DNA of 64,000 nt, from NCBI GenBank assembly GCA_002742935.1, contig PDON01000064.1, positions 8,514 to 72,513 of the forward strand, read 5' to 3'. This DNA is from Candidatus Cloacimonadota bacterium (lineage in GTDB: Bacteria; UBA4055). Of this stretch, positions 55,113 through 64,000 are shown piece by piece. A model generated the notes under the pieces. It ran no database searches. It was not told where the DNA came from and worked only from the letters and a program-made list of their open reading frames with translations. Numbering within the stretch: position 1 is the first letter of the stretch; each line of letters begins with the position of its first letter. The position numbers were made by a program, and so were the translations under genes.

Positions 55113-56285
55113 ATGAACATTCATGAGTATCAGGCAAAAGCACTGATGTCAGAGTATAAGGTTCCGACTACTAAAGGTGGCGTAGCTTTAACTCCAAGCG
55201 AAGCAGTAGAGATTGCAAAATCTTTAGGTGGCGAAATATGGGTTGTTAAGGCTCAAATTCACGCAGGTGGAAGAGGAAAAGCCGGAGGTGTTAAGCTTTC
55301 AAGATCTTTGGAGGAGGTTAAATCTAATGCTGAGGATATTTTAGGAAAAACTTTGGTAACTCATCAAACAGGACCTGAAGGAAAACTTGTAAAAAAGGTT
55401 TATGTTGAGAAGGGTATTAATATAGAGAGAGAGTTTTACTTAGGAATGGTTTTAGATCGTGCAGCTGAGATGCCTGTTATGATGGCTTCAACTGAAGGTG
55501 GTGTTGAGATTGAAAAGGTTGCTGCAGAGACTCCTGAAAAGATAGTTACAGTTACAATAGATCCATCTATAGGGTTTAAATCTTTCCATGGAAATCAACT
55601 TGCTTCAGGTTTAAATCTTACTAAAGAGGAATCAAAGCAATTTATTAAATTTGCTCAACTTCTGTACAAGGTTTATACTGAAAAAGATTCAAATATGGTT
55701 GAGATAAATCCTCTTGTAAAAACAAAAGAGGGTGATTTCCTTGCTCTAGATGCTAAGTTTGGATTTGATGATAACGCTCTTTTAAGACACCCTGATATTA
55801 GTGAAATGAGGGATTTTGATGAAGAGGAGCCAACAGAAACAGAAGCTTCAAATTATGATCTCAGTTATGTTAAGCTTGACGGTAATGTTGGTTGTATGGT
55901 TAACGGAGCCGGTTTAGCTATGTCCACTATGGATATTATCAAGTTCTATGGTGGTGAGCCTGCAAACTTCTTGGATGTAGGAGGTGCTGCAAGTGCTGAA
56001 ACTGTTGCAAAAGGTTTTGAGATAATATTAAAAGATCCTAATGTGAAAGCTATTTTTGTTAACATCTTTGGTGGTATTGTAAGATGTGACAGGGTTGCAA
56101 ATGGTATTATTGAAGCTACCAAAGCTATAAATGTAAAGGTTCCTATTATTGTAAGATTAGATGGAACTAATGCTGATATTGCAAAGGATATATTGGATAA
56201 TAGTACCTTGAATAATATTATATCTGCAGATGATTTAGCAGATGGTGCAAAAAAATCTGTTAAGGTTGTTAAGGGGGATAAATAA
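55113..56285 (+). CDS. sucC: Succinate--CoA ligase (ADP-forming) beta subunit
   Basis: It has an ATP-grasp N-terminus ([12 protein letters not shown]) typical of SucC. Confidence 0.9.
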   Translation: MNIHEYQAKALMSEYKVPTTKGGVALTPSEAVEIAKSLGGEIWVVKAQIHAGGRGKAGGVKLSRSLEEVKSNAEDILGKTLVTHQTGPEGKLVKKVYVEKGINIEREFYLGMVLDRAAEMPVMMASTEGGVEIEKVAAETPEKIVTVTIDPSIGFKSFHGNQLASGLNLTKEESKQFIKFAQLLYKVYTEKDSNMVEINPLVKTKEGDFLALDAKFGFDDNALLRHPDISEMRDFDEEEPTETEASNYDLSYVKLDGNVGCMVNGAGLAMSTMDIIKFYGGEPANFLDVGGAASAETVAKGFEIILKDPNVKAIFVNIFGGIVRCDRVANGIIEATKAINVKVPIIVRLDGTNADIAKDILDNSTLNNIISADDLADGAKKSVKVVKGDK

Positions 56286-57160
56286 TGTCAATTTTAGTAA
56301 ATAAAGATAGTAGAATTATTGTTCAGGGTTTTACAGGTAAAGAGGGAACTTTCCATGCTACTCAGTGTATTGAGTATGGTACAAATGTTGTTGGAGGAGT
56401 TACCCCGGGTAAAGGTGGAACTACTCATCTTGACAGACCTGTATTTAATACAGTTAGAGAAGCTGTAAAAGAGACAAAGGCTGATGTCTCTTTAATCTTT
56501 GTTCCTCCTTTTTTTGCAGCTGATGCGGTTATTGAGGCAGCTGAAGCAGGAATTAAACTTATTGTTTGTATAACAGAGGGTATTCCTGTAAAAGATATGA
56601 TGAGAGCTAAGCCTTATGTTGAAAAGATGGGGGCTAAGATGATAGGACCTAATTGCCCCGGTATCATCACTTCTGATGAATCTAAAATTGGTATTATGCC
56701 GGGCTTTATCTTTGAAAAAGGTAGAGTTGGTGTTATCAGTAAATCAGGTACTTTAACTTATGAGGCTGTAAATCAGGTAGTTAAGGCCGGTTTAGGTGTA
56801 ACTACTGCTATTGGTATTGGTGGAGATCCTATCATTGGTCTTTCATACATTGAACTATTAGAGATGTTTGAAGCTGATCCTGAAACTGAAGCTGTTGTAA
56901 TTATTGGTGAAATTGGCGGAACTTTAGAGATTGAGGCTGCTGAATTTATAAAGAAAAATATGAAGAAGCCTGTTGTAGCTTTTATTGCAGGACAAACAGC
57001 ACCAAAGGGTAAGAGAATGGGTCATGCCGGAGCTATTATTGCAGGTGGTAAAGGAACTGCAAAAGATAAGATGGATGCTTTGGAAGCTGCCGGAGCTTAT
57101 GTTTGTAAAACTCCTGCTGAGATTGGAGATATGACTAAGAAAGCTTTGGGTGTTGAATAG
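56285..57160 (+). CDS. sucD: Succinate--CoA ligase alpha subunit
   Basis: The CoA-binding and phosphohistidine motif GHAGAII is present. Confidence 0.9.
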   Translation: MSILVNKDSRIIVQGFTGKEGTFHATQCIEYGTNVVGGVTPGKGGTTHLDRPVFNTVREAVKETKADVSLIFVPPFFAADAVIEAAEAGIKLIVCITEGIPVKDMMRAKPYVEKMGAKMIGPNCPGIITSDESKIGIMPGFIFEKGRVGVISKSGTLTYEAVNQVVKAGLGVTTAIGIGGDPIIGLSYIELLEMFEADPETEAVVIIGEIGGTLEIEAAEFIKKNMKKPVVAFIAGQTAPKGKRMGHAGAIIAGGKGTAKDKMDALEAAGAYVCKTPAEIGDMTKKALGVE

Positions 57161-57207
57161 ATCAATCTTAATAGTTTTAGATTATAAGAGTTTGTCTCTT
57201 TGTAAAA

Positions 57208-57236
57208 AACCCTCCTTAAAAAGGAGGGTTTTTTTA
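57208..57236 (+). terminator. Rho-independent terminator after sucD
   Basis: aaccctccttaaaaaggagggtt is followed by tttttt. Confidence 0.65.
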
Positions 57237-57532
57237 TTGTATACAATAGAATATATTTAACTTTATAGCTATGCTTTTATTATAAGCATTTTAGTTTGAC
57301 ATAATTATTAAACCAATATTTAATGTAATAAGTATAAATATCTATAGAAAAGAAATTTCTCTGAGGCTCTCGAAGGGAATGAAAACTATAATCATATAAT
57401 TATACCCTTTGAGAACCTCAGGGTGCAGATATAATTTGTACTTCTAGATTTAATTATTACATAAGATACTCTATTATTTTCATATAGAACTCGGGTTGAA
57501 ATATAGAAAATTTAGATTATTTATCAAGATCT

Positions 57533-58288
57533 CTATCCCCTCCATTCAATAGAGGGAACTATATCTCTTAAATTTGAAAGGATCTCCTCCCTTTCCTCCC
57601 TTTTATAAGGGTTATAGCTTTTATAAGAGGGTATATAACTATTTTCAGGTACAAAATCTTGTAAAATATACCTCTTACAATCTTTAATGGGACTACAGAT
57701 AGATCTCAACCTTTCCAAACTATGGATCTCCTCTATAGTGGTTGTTCTAAACTCATAATCAATATCTGAACTAAGAATTAGATCAATAGAGGTTTTAACT
57801 CTTCTATCTATATCTGAAATCTTGGTATAGTTTTTATACTCATCAATAGGAAGTTTTATATCCATGGCAATGTAATCTAATAAGTTTAGATCTATCATCT
57901 TTTTTAATATACAGGGATTTGATCCATTTGTATCAAGCTTAATATTAAACCCCATAGATCTAACCTTTTGGATAAACTCTATAATATCTTCTTGAAGTGT
58001 GGGTTCTCCACCACTGATTACAACACCTGAAAGTTTTCCAATCCTGCTTTCTAGAAATGAAAAAACCTCGCTCTCCTCTATGGTGTCAGATCCATTTTCC
58101 AGCAGAAAACCATTATGGCAAAAAGGGCATAAAAAATTACACCCTTTAGTAAATAGTATTGCTGATATATTGCTTGGAAAATCACTTAAACTAAATTTAT
58201 GAACAGCAGCAATCTGCAATCTCCCTCTCCTTGTACGATGAAAGAATAAATGTTTTACGAGCTTTAAACTCCTCCTGTTTGCCATCAT
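57533..58288 (-). CDS. nrdG: Anaerobic ribonucleoside-triphosphate reductase activating protein (radical SAM). The true start is probably an internal non-ATG near 58219
   Basis: GCNFLCPFCHN (CxxxCxxC) and GGEPTLQ are present. The long ATG-started ORF overlaps nrdD by 92 nt. A TTG at 58219 would give a typical short overlap. Confidence 0.75.
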   Translation of the reverse strand: MMANRRSLKLVKHLFFHRTRRGRLQIAAVHKFSLSDFPSNISAILFTKGCNFLCPFCHNGFLLENGSDTIEESEVFSFLESRIGKLSGVVISGGEPTLQEDIIEFIQKVRSMGFNIKLDTNGSNPCILKKMIDLNLLDYIAMDIKLPIDEYKNYTKISDIDRRVKTSIDLILSSDIDYEFRTTTIEEIHSLERLRSICSPIKDCKRYILQDFVPENSYIPSYKSYNPYKREEREEILSNLRDIVPSIEWRG

Positions 58289-60329
58289 TCCATTGATTGA
58301 TAGGTCTTATATATCCAACTACTCTTGAATATATTTCACAAGTAGATTGACAATCAGGGCAGATCTCTACCTCTCCGTTTAGATAGCCGTGTGTAGGACA
58401 TATACTAAAAGTAGGTGATATGGTGAAATATGGCAATCTATACTCATGACAAATCTTTTTTACCAAAAATTTTACACTTTGAGGATTGAGATTTTTCTCT
58501 CCGGTAAATAGATGGAGAACAGTACCTCCGGTGTACTTTGTTTGAAGCTCATCCTGTTGATCCAACACCTCAAAAGGATCGCTTGAGTAGTTTACAGGAA
58601 GCTGAGTAGAGTTAGTATAGTAAGGGCTTCCTCCCTCTCTATGGTTCTCCTCATTTGCACATATAATATCAGGGAAAGACTCCTTATCGAGCTTAGCTAA
58701 CCTGAAAGTTGTACCCTCTGCCGGAGTAGCTTCAAGGTTGTAGTTGTTGCCTGTCTCTTTCTGGAATTTGATTAGAGTATCTCTAATATAATCCATTACC
58801 ATTAGAGATAGTTCTTTACCTTCTGTAGATTCAATACCAAAACCTTTAAGGTTTAAAAGGGCTTCATTCATACCTAAAATACCAATTGTAGAGAAGTGGT
58901 TTTTCCAATAGACACCATATCTCTCTTTAATATATCTCAAGTAAAATTTTGTATATGGATACAGATTGGAATCTGTCAGTTTTTCAAGCACCTTTCTCTT
59001 GGTCTCTAAACTATCCTTTGCTATCTCCATCATCTCTTTAAGATTTTTAAGAAACTTATCGAGATCTCCATTTGATTTATAGGCTAACCTTGGAAGATTT
59101 AGGGTTACCACACCAATGGATCCTGTTAGAGGGTTTGCTCCAAACAATCCTCCACCTCTACTTTCAAGTTCTCTTGTATCCAATCTCAATCTACAACACA
59201 TTGAACGGGAATCATCTGGGCTTAAATCGGAGTTTATAAAGTTTGAAAAGTATGGGATTCCATATTTTGCTGTAGATTCCCAAAGAGGATCCAAATCCCT
59301 ATTTTCCCAATCAAAATCCTTCGTGATATTATATGTAGGTATTGGGAAGGTAAACACTCTTCCTCTGGCATCACCTTCATTCATAACCTCAAGGTAAGCT
59401 CTATTGATGAGATTCATCTCCTCTTGATACTCAGAATAGGTAGTTTCCATAGGTTCACCACCAATGATTACAGGGTTATCCGCAAAGGTAGATGGAGGAA
59501 CTAAATCCATAGTTATATTGGTAAACGGGGTTTGGAAACCAACTCTTGTAGGTACATTTATATTGAAGATAAACTCCTGTATTGCCTGTTTTACCTCTTT
59601 GTAATCGAGATTATCATATCTTACAAAAGGTGCTAATAGTGTATCAAAACTTGAAAGAGCCTGAGCTCCTGCCGCTTCACCTTGGAGGGTGTAGAAGAAG
59701 TTTACAATCTGTCCTAGAGCTGTTTTAAAATGTTTAGGAGGTTTACTCTCAACCTTTCCACTAACACCTCTGAAACCTTGGCATAAAAGATCATGGAGAT
59801 CCCAACCAACACAGTAAACAGATATTAGGTTAAGATCGTGAATATGCAGATCCCCATTTTGATGGGCCTTCTTTATTTTTGAGCTATAGATTTTGTTTAG
59901 CCAATAGGTCTTACTTACCTCTGAAGCTAAATAGTTGTTTAAACCTTGGAGAGAGAAGCACATATTTGAGTTCTCTTTTACCTGCCAATCGAGTTTAGAA
60001 AGGTAACTATCCACCATATCTATGTTGGAGCTGGATATGATATCTCTAATCTTTGAGTGTTGATCTCTATATATAATGTAGGCTTTTGCGGTAGATTTAT
60101 ACGGTGAGTTTAGAAGAACCTCTTCGACAATATCTTGAACCTCTTCAACGGTGGGGATCTCATTTTCAGTTGTCTGTTCAAGTAAGCTTAAAACCTTCAA
60201 TGTTAAACTTTTTGCTATCTCAAAACCAAACTCCCCCGTTTCCTTTCCGGCTTTACCAATGGCATCTCTAATCTTCTTGGAGTTGAAATCGAAGATTTGA
60301 CCATCCCTCTTTCTTATCTTGCTAAACAC
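58197..60329 (-). CDS. nrdD: Anaerobic ribonucleoside-triphosphate reductase (class III)
   Basis: It has the glycyl-radical motif SRVVGYIRP near the C-terminus, a C-terminal Cys cluster and an ATP-cone-like N-terminus. Confidence 0.85.
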   Translation of the reverse strand: MFSKIRKRDGQIFDFNSKKIRDAIGKAGKETGEFGFEIAKSLTLKVLSLLEQTTENEIPTVEEVQDIVEEVLLNSPYKSTAKAYIIYRDQHSKIRDIISSSNIDMVDSYLSKLDWQVKENSNMCFSLQGLNNYLASEVSKTYWLNKIYSSKIKKAHQNGDLHIHDLNLISVYCVGWDLHDLLCQGFRGVSGKVESKPPKHFKTALGQIVNFFYTLQGEAAGAQALSSFDTLLAPFVRYDNLDYKEVKQAIQEFIFNINVPTRVGFQTPFTNITMDLVPPSTFADNPVIIGGEPMETTYSEYQEEMNLINRAYLEVMNEGDARGRVFTFPIPTYNITKDFDWENRDLDPLWESTAKYGIPYFSNFINSDLSPDDSRSMCCRLRLDTRELESRGGGLFGANPLTGSIGVVTLNLPRLAYKSNGDLDKFLKNLKEMMEIAKDSLETKRKVLEKLTDSNLYPYTKFYLRYIKERYGVYWKNHFSTIGILGMNEALLNLKGFGIESTEGKELSLMVMDYIRDTLIKFQKETGNNYNLEATPAEGTTFRLAKLDKESFPDIICANEENHREGGSPYYTNSTQLPVNYSSDPFEVLDQQDELQTKYTGGTVLHLFTGEKNLNPQSVKFLVKKICHEYRLPYFTISPTFSICPTHGYLNGEVEICPDCQSTCEIYSRVVGYIRPINQWNDGKQEEFKARKTFILSSYKEREIADCCCS

Positions 60330-60575
60330 TGATTACTCCTACTTTTTGATACAACTTTACAGCTTTTTGAATAGTATTAGATCTAAACATGAAAGTTTTA
60401 CTATTTTCAGGTTGTTTTACAAAAAAGAAACTATTATAAATGTCCTTATAATTTCTGTTTCAGATCTCATTTTTCCCTTGAAAATCGATCAACTTACAAA
60501 AGTGAAATTATACTAAAAAAATAGTAGAGTCAATAATTATTTTTCTTTAGCCTTAAATTATTTTTTATAGGTTTT

Positions 60576-60624
60576 TTACTATATATAGTGGCTTCTCTTT
60601 TTATCCTTATACTATATATGGTTA
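60576..60624. promoter_or_regulatory. Tandem NrdR-box-like palindromes upstream of nrdDG
   Basis: ttACTATATATAGTgg (60576-60591) and atACTATATATGGTta (60609-60624) match the NrdR-box consensus acaCwAtATaTwGtgt. They are spaced about 33 bp centre-to-centre and lie 250-290 bp upstream of nrdD. Confidence 0.4.
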
Positions 60625-60810
60625 ACATGGAAAATTATATTTTTTCTGTTTTTTGTAAAATATTCTTTAGATTTACCTCTGTAAACCATGGTGCTTATGT
60701 GGTAATATTTACATATTTTAGGAGGTGGTTTTTTATTAGCATTAGTATGCTTAGATATATACAATATCAAATGAAAAGTAAAGGAAATTGTGGGTAACTA
60801 TTCTAAAAAT

Positions 60811-61485
60811 CTAAATAATATTCTGATTAAAATGGTTATATATATACTCTCTCAAAAAGTTCTTTAACTCCAACTTACATCTTGGAGAAATCTCCCAATC
60901 TATATTGCTAAACTTAGATATACTAATTTTCTGTAATATTTTATAACTTTCAACTGATAGAGGAAATGCTCTCTCACTATTTGAGATAGCTCCATCATCA
61001 AGAGAGATTTTTATATATTTGTTTCCTTCAATATTTTTATAAATGGGTAAACCTACACCTAAACAGAATATATAATAGTAGTAGAATGAAATCTCTAAAC
61101 TATTATAGGGAGGATTATTTATGTTAGAAATTGATGTTAAAAACCTCTCTATAAGGTTGTAGAAGCAATAGGATTTATCTACTGTTTTATTAGAAAATCT
61201 GTTAAAGAAGTTTAATATCTTTAAAGAAAATTCAATCTTTTTATAGCTTTTTCTTATCTCTTGATTACTTTCTAAAAGTTCAGCTTCAATAAATTTTTTG
61301 TTACCGCTTAGAGTAACACTTATTTTGTTTAGAGGTTCAATAATTGCCCTGTAGATACTATTTTTTTTGCTTATCCCATAAATGCTAAACTTGATTAGCC
61401 CATAATTTTCCGTTAAAAGATAGTTTACGAGGGTACTCTTTTGTTTAAACTGATTAACAATTATACCAATATACTCTCTATCCAT
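60811..61485 (-). CDS. recO: DNA repair protein RecO-like
   Basis: It has an OB-fold N-terminal region and RecO-like length. The similarity is weak. Confidence 0.5.
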   Translation of the reverse strand: MDREYIGIIVNQFKQKSTLVNYLLTENYGLIKFSIYGISKKNSIYRAIIEPLNKISVTLSGNKKFIEAELLESNQEIRKSYKKIEFSLKILNFFNRFSNKTVDKSYCFYNLIERFLTSISNINNPPYNSLEISFYYYYIFCLGVGLPIYKNIEGNKYIKISLDDGAISNSERAFPLSVESYKILQKISISKFSNIDWEISPRCKLELKNFLREYIYNHFNQNII

Positions 61486-62692
61486 TCTTCTTTACACGAA
61501 TAATTGATCCTGGAACAACGCTTTTATGATGTCTCATTACAACAATCTGATTAGGTTTGGTTCTTTCAAGCTCTCTACCAACAACATCTTTTATAAACGG
61601 AGGTCTTATGGTTAAAATCCTTTTTTCAGGAATAACAATTTCCATCTCATCATTTGGGTGGAAAGCTGATTTAACCTCAACAACCATAAAAGTTCTATCT
61701 ATAATCTCCTTTACAACTCCGGCAATATCATAGTTAGAAATCTCTTTGCTCCTATCTACAGCTTGAGATCTTTCAGGAGTAGTTTTACCTTCAAAATAAA
61801 ACTCCGTGTATCCTCTGTTTGCAATTTTTGAAAGATTTTCATCCCACTCCGGTTTGTAAACAAACCCTTTAGGATCTTTTTTGTAGGTATCCCTAACATC
61901 TTTGTATAAATGAATAACGGATGAAAGATAGGAAATAGCTTTCATTCTACCCTCAATCTTAAAGGAATTTATGCCAATATCCATGAGTTGAGGAATCCTT
62001 TTTAATAGAGAGAGATCTTTTGAGTTAAAAAAGTATGTACCTCTCTCATCCTCCTCTGCAATAATAGGATCATCCAGAAAGTTGGTTGAAAGTTTATAGG
62101 GATATCTACAAGGTTGGCTACACTCACCTTTATTTGGATCTCTATTGGATGTATGATAACTTATCATACATCTTCCTGAATAGGACATACACATAGCACC
62201 GTGAACAAACATTTCAAGGTCAAGATCTGTAAACTCTCTTATTTGTTTTATCTCATCAAAAGTTAATTCTCTGGGAAGTACAACCCTCGAAGCTCCAAGA
62301 TCTTTTAGAAGTTCATATGTTTTATAGTTTGTAGCTGAAAACTGGGTGGAGATATGGATCTCTTTATTTTCTATATGCTTTTTAACAATCTCCATAACAC
62401 CCAAATCTGCAACAATCAGAGCATCAATATCGCTCTCTTTTATTTCATTGAGATATGTTGGAAGATCTTCAAGATCTTTGTTATGTGCCATAATATTTAG
62501 AGTGAGAAATGAACTTACTCCTCTCTCCTTACAAAATTTTGAAGCGGAGTATATCTCATCTAAATCAAAATTTCCTGCAAAAGCTCTCATACCAAACTTT
62601 TTGCCACTCAAATAAACAGCATCGGCACCAAAATTTACGGCAGTTTTAAGCTTTTCATAATTACCTGCCGGAGCAAGTATCTCTCCTATCAT
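61478..62692 (-). CDS. Peptidase U32 family protein
   Basis: It has the U32 signature N-terminus MIGEILAPAGNYEKLKTAVNFGADAVYL and the E-x-F-x-H-G-A-x-C region (FVHGAMCMSYSGRC). Confidence 0.8.
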   Translation of the reverse strand: MIGEILAPAGNYEKLKTAVNFGADAVYLSGKKFGMRAFAGNFDLDEIYSASKFCKERGVSSFLTLNIMAHNKDLEDLPTYLNEIKESDIDALIVADLGVMEIVKKHIENKEIHISTQFSATNYKTYELLKDLGASRVVLPRELTFDEIKQIREFTDLDLEMFVHGAMCMSYSGRCMISYHTSNRDPNKGECSQPCRYPYKLSTNFLDDPIIAEEDERGTYFFNSKDLSLLKRIPQLMDIGINSFKIEGRMKAISYLSSVIHLYKDVRDTYKKDPKGFVYKPEWDENLSKIANRGYTEFYFEGKTTPERSQAVDRSKEISNYDIAGVVKEIIDRTFMVVEVKSAFHPNDEMEIVIPEKRILTIRPPFIKDVVGRELERTKPNQIVVMRHHKSVVPGSIIRVKKNG

Positions 62693-63093
62693 ACACTCTC
62701 CGCTTTAACTGAGGTCTGTTGAAAAAGTACAAAATTTTATAAGTTACGAAAAATTCAATCCCCAAGAAATAGAGTTTACCATGGTTAAGTAATGGTAAGA
62801 TTGATTTTAATGCTGATCATGAAGAGGCAGCAAAACTAAATTCTATTCTTGTACTTTTACCTCCCATATAAATTACAAAGCTTTTATTTGTCTATAATTA
62901 AAAAACTCTGCTTTTTACAAAAATCTCTTCCTAAAGTATTACATACCTGGAATCTCCTCTTTTTAGTAGATCTTTAAACTAGGAAGATTCTACAAAACAG
63001 ACTGTTAAACCCCTTAAAGAGAAGCTGTAAACAGTCAATAATTGTGAAATATAACAAAATTTATCTGTTTATGCTCATTTAAAAGAATATAAC

Positions 63094-64000
63094 TTATGCA
63101 ACAGGAAAAATTATTGTAAAAGAAGTTCCTACTCCAACCTCACTTTCAACACCTATAGCTCCATTATAATTGTGAATGGTGTTATAAACATTTGAAAGTC
63201 CCAAACCGGAACCTTTACTTTCACTTTTTGTAGTAAATAAAGGATCAAAAATCCTATCAAGAAGATCTTTTTCAATCCCTTTCCCGGTATCTTTAAAAAT
63301 GATCTTAATATACTTTTTTTCTAAATCCATATCCGCAAATTTCAAATATTTTATATCTGAAAGATCATGTGTTGAGATCTCAATCGTTCCGACTCCTTCC
63401 ATTGCATCTATGGAGTTTAAGCCTAAGTTTATAAACATATTCTCAAAAAGATTTTTATCACCCATTACCATGGCTGACTTAGCGTTAAAATTGGTTTTAA
63501 AAACAACAGATTTAGAACTTGCCTTCAGAAGCTTAACAGATTGATTTATAATATCATCCATATTGAGAAGTGAGGGCTCATTACTACTTTTTTTAGTTAA
63601 AGAAAGTAGTGATTTTGAAAGATCAATTCCTCCCTTACTGGCAGATATAATATTTGATATAAGCTCCCCCTCTTCACTTTCTTCACTAAATCTAACTTTA
63701 AGAAGATTTAAAAATCCTATAATACCTCCCAATACATTATTAAAATCATGAGCTATACCACTCGCCAATAAGCCTATTGATTCCATTTTCTTGGATTCAA
63801 TAAGCATTTTTTGATATTTTTTCTTTTCAGTAATATCAAATACAGTATAGAGATATTTATTTTCATCTACAGGAGTCCAATAATGTGAATAGTTTGTAGA
63901 TTTAAACTCATTTTCCCATTCATTATACTTATCAGGATTAAAATTTGACGGTAAAGCACCCCACATACAAGAGAAACACTTTTCAAAGTCTAAGCATCTA
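63094..64000 (-). CDS. Sensor histidine kinase (HisKA + HATPase_c); the N-terminus runs past the window edge
   Basis: It has an H-box (ASGIAHDFNNVLGGI) and N/G boxes (GLNSIDAMEG; GSGLGLS). Confidence 0.75.
   Translation of the reverse strand, partial: RCLDFEKCFSCMWGALPSNFNPDKYNEWENEFKSTNYSHYWTPVDENKYLYTVFDITEKKKYQKMLIESKKMESIGLLASGIAHDFNNVLGGIIGFLNLLKVRFSEESEEGELISNIISASKGGIDLSKSLLSLTKKSSNEPSLLNMDDIINQSVKLLKASSKSVVFKTNFNAKSAMVMGDKNLFENMFINLGLNSIDAMEGVGTIEISTHDLSDIKYLKFADMDLEKKYIKIIFKDTGKGIEKDLLDRIFDPLFTTKSESKGSGLGLSNVYNTIHNYNGAIGVESEVGVGTSFTIIFPVA

Overview
This is a 64 kb gene-dense stretch from an AT-rich (about one-third GC by eye) bacterium that looks anaerobic. Recognisable housekeeping genes include the 3' end of leuS, two energy-coupling operons (rnfCDGEAB and nqrABCDEF with an nqrM-like gene), relA/spoT, biotin genes bioB-bioA-bioF (interrupted by a Ni-superoxide dismutase and its protease, sodN-sodX), ruvB-queA, udg-ligA-pepD, groES-groEL, sucCD, anaerobic class III ribonucleotide reductase nrdDG (with NrdR-box-like sites), recO and a U32 peptidase. 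Accessory content includes a blaI/blaR1-like pair, two zinc-ribbon/FGE-sulfatase-domain paralogs, a MORN-repeat lipoprotein, a frameshifted SGNH hydrolase and a secreted Cys-rich repeat protein.

The most unusual locus is at 7.7-11.5 kb. Two tandem paralogous secreted proteins each carry a signal peptide, a TlpA-like thioredoxin-fold domain, Fn3/beta-sandwich domains and a type IX secretion (T9SS) C-terminal sorting domain. Each has an in-frame TGA at codon 60, exactly where the first Cys of the redox CxxC motif would sit (W-U-G-G-C). A conserved, anomalously GC-rich codon block follows the TGA in both, consistent with a bacterial SECIS element. These look like selenocysteine-containing, T9SS-exported thiol-disulfide oxidoreductases that are truncated in the supplied ORF track. 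A lipoprotein plus outer-membrane beta-barrel gene pair lies divergently next to them.

A roughly 100-135 bp intergenic repeat family occurs three times, always just downstream of the rnf, relA and nqr operons next to terminator hairpins, and may be a small RNA or a MITE. The combination of T9SS sorting tails, Rnf plus Nqr, NiSOD and selenoproteins suggests an FCB-superphylum or candidate-phylum anaerobe (Cloacimonadota-like); that is my inference only. I found no rRNA, tRNA or CRISPR array.
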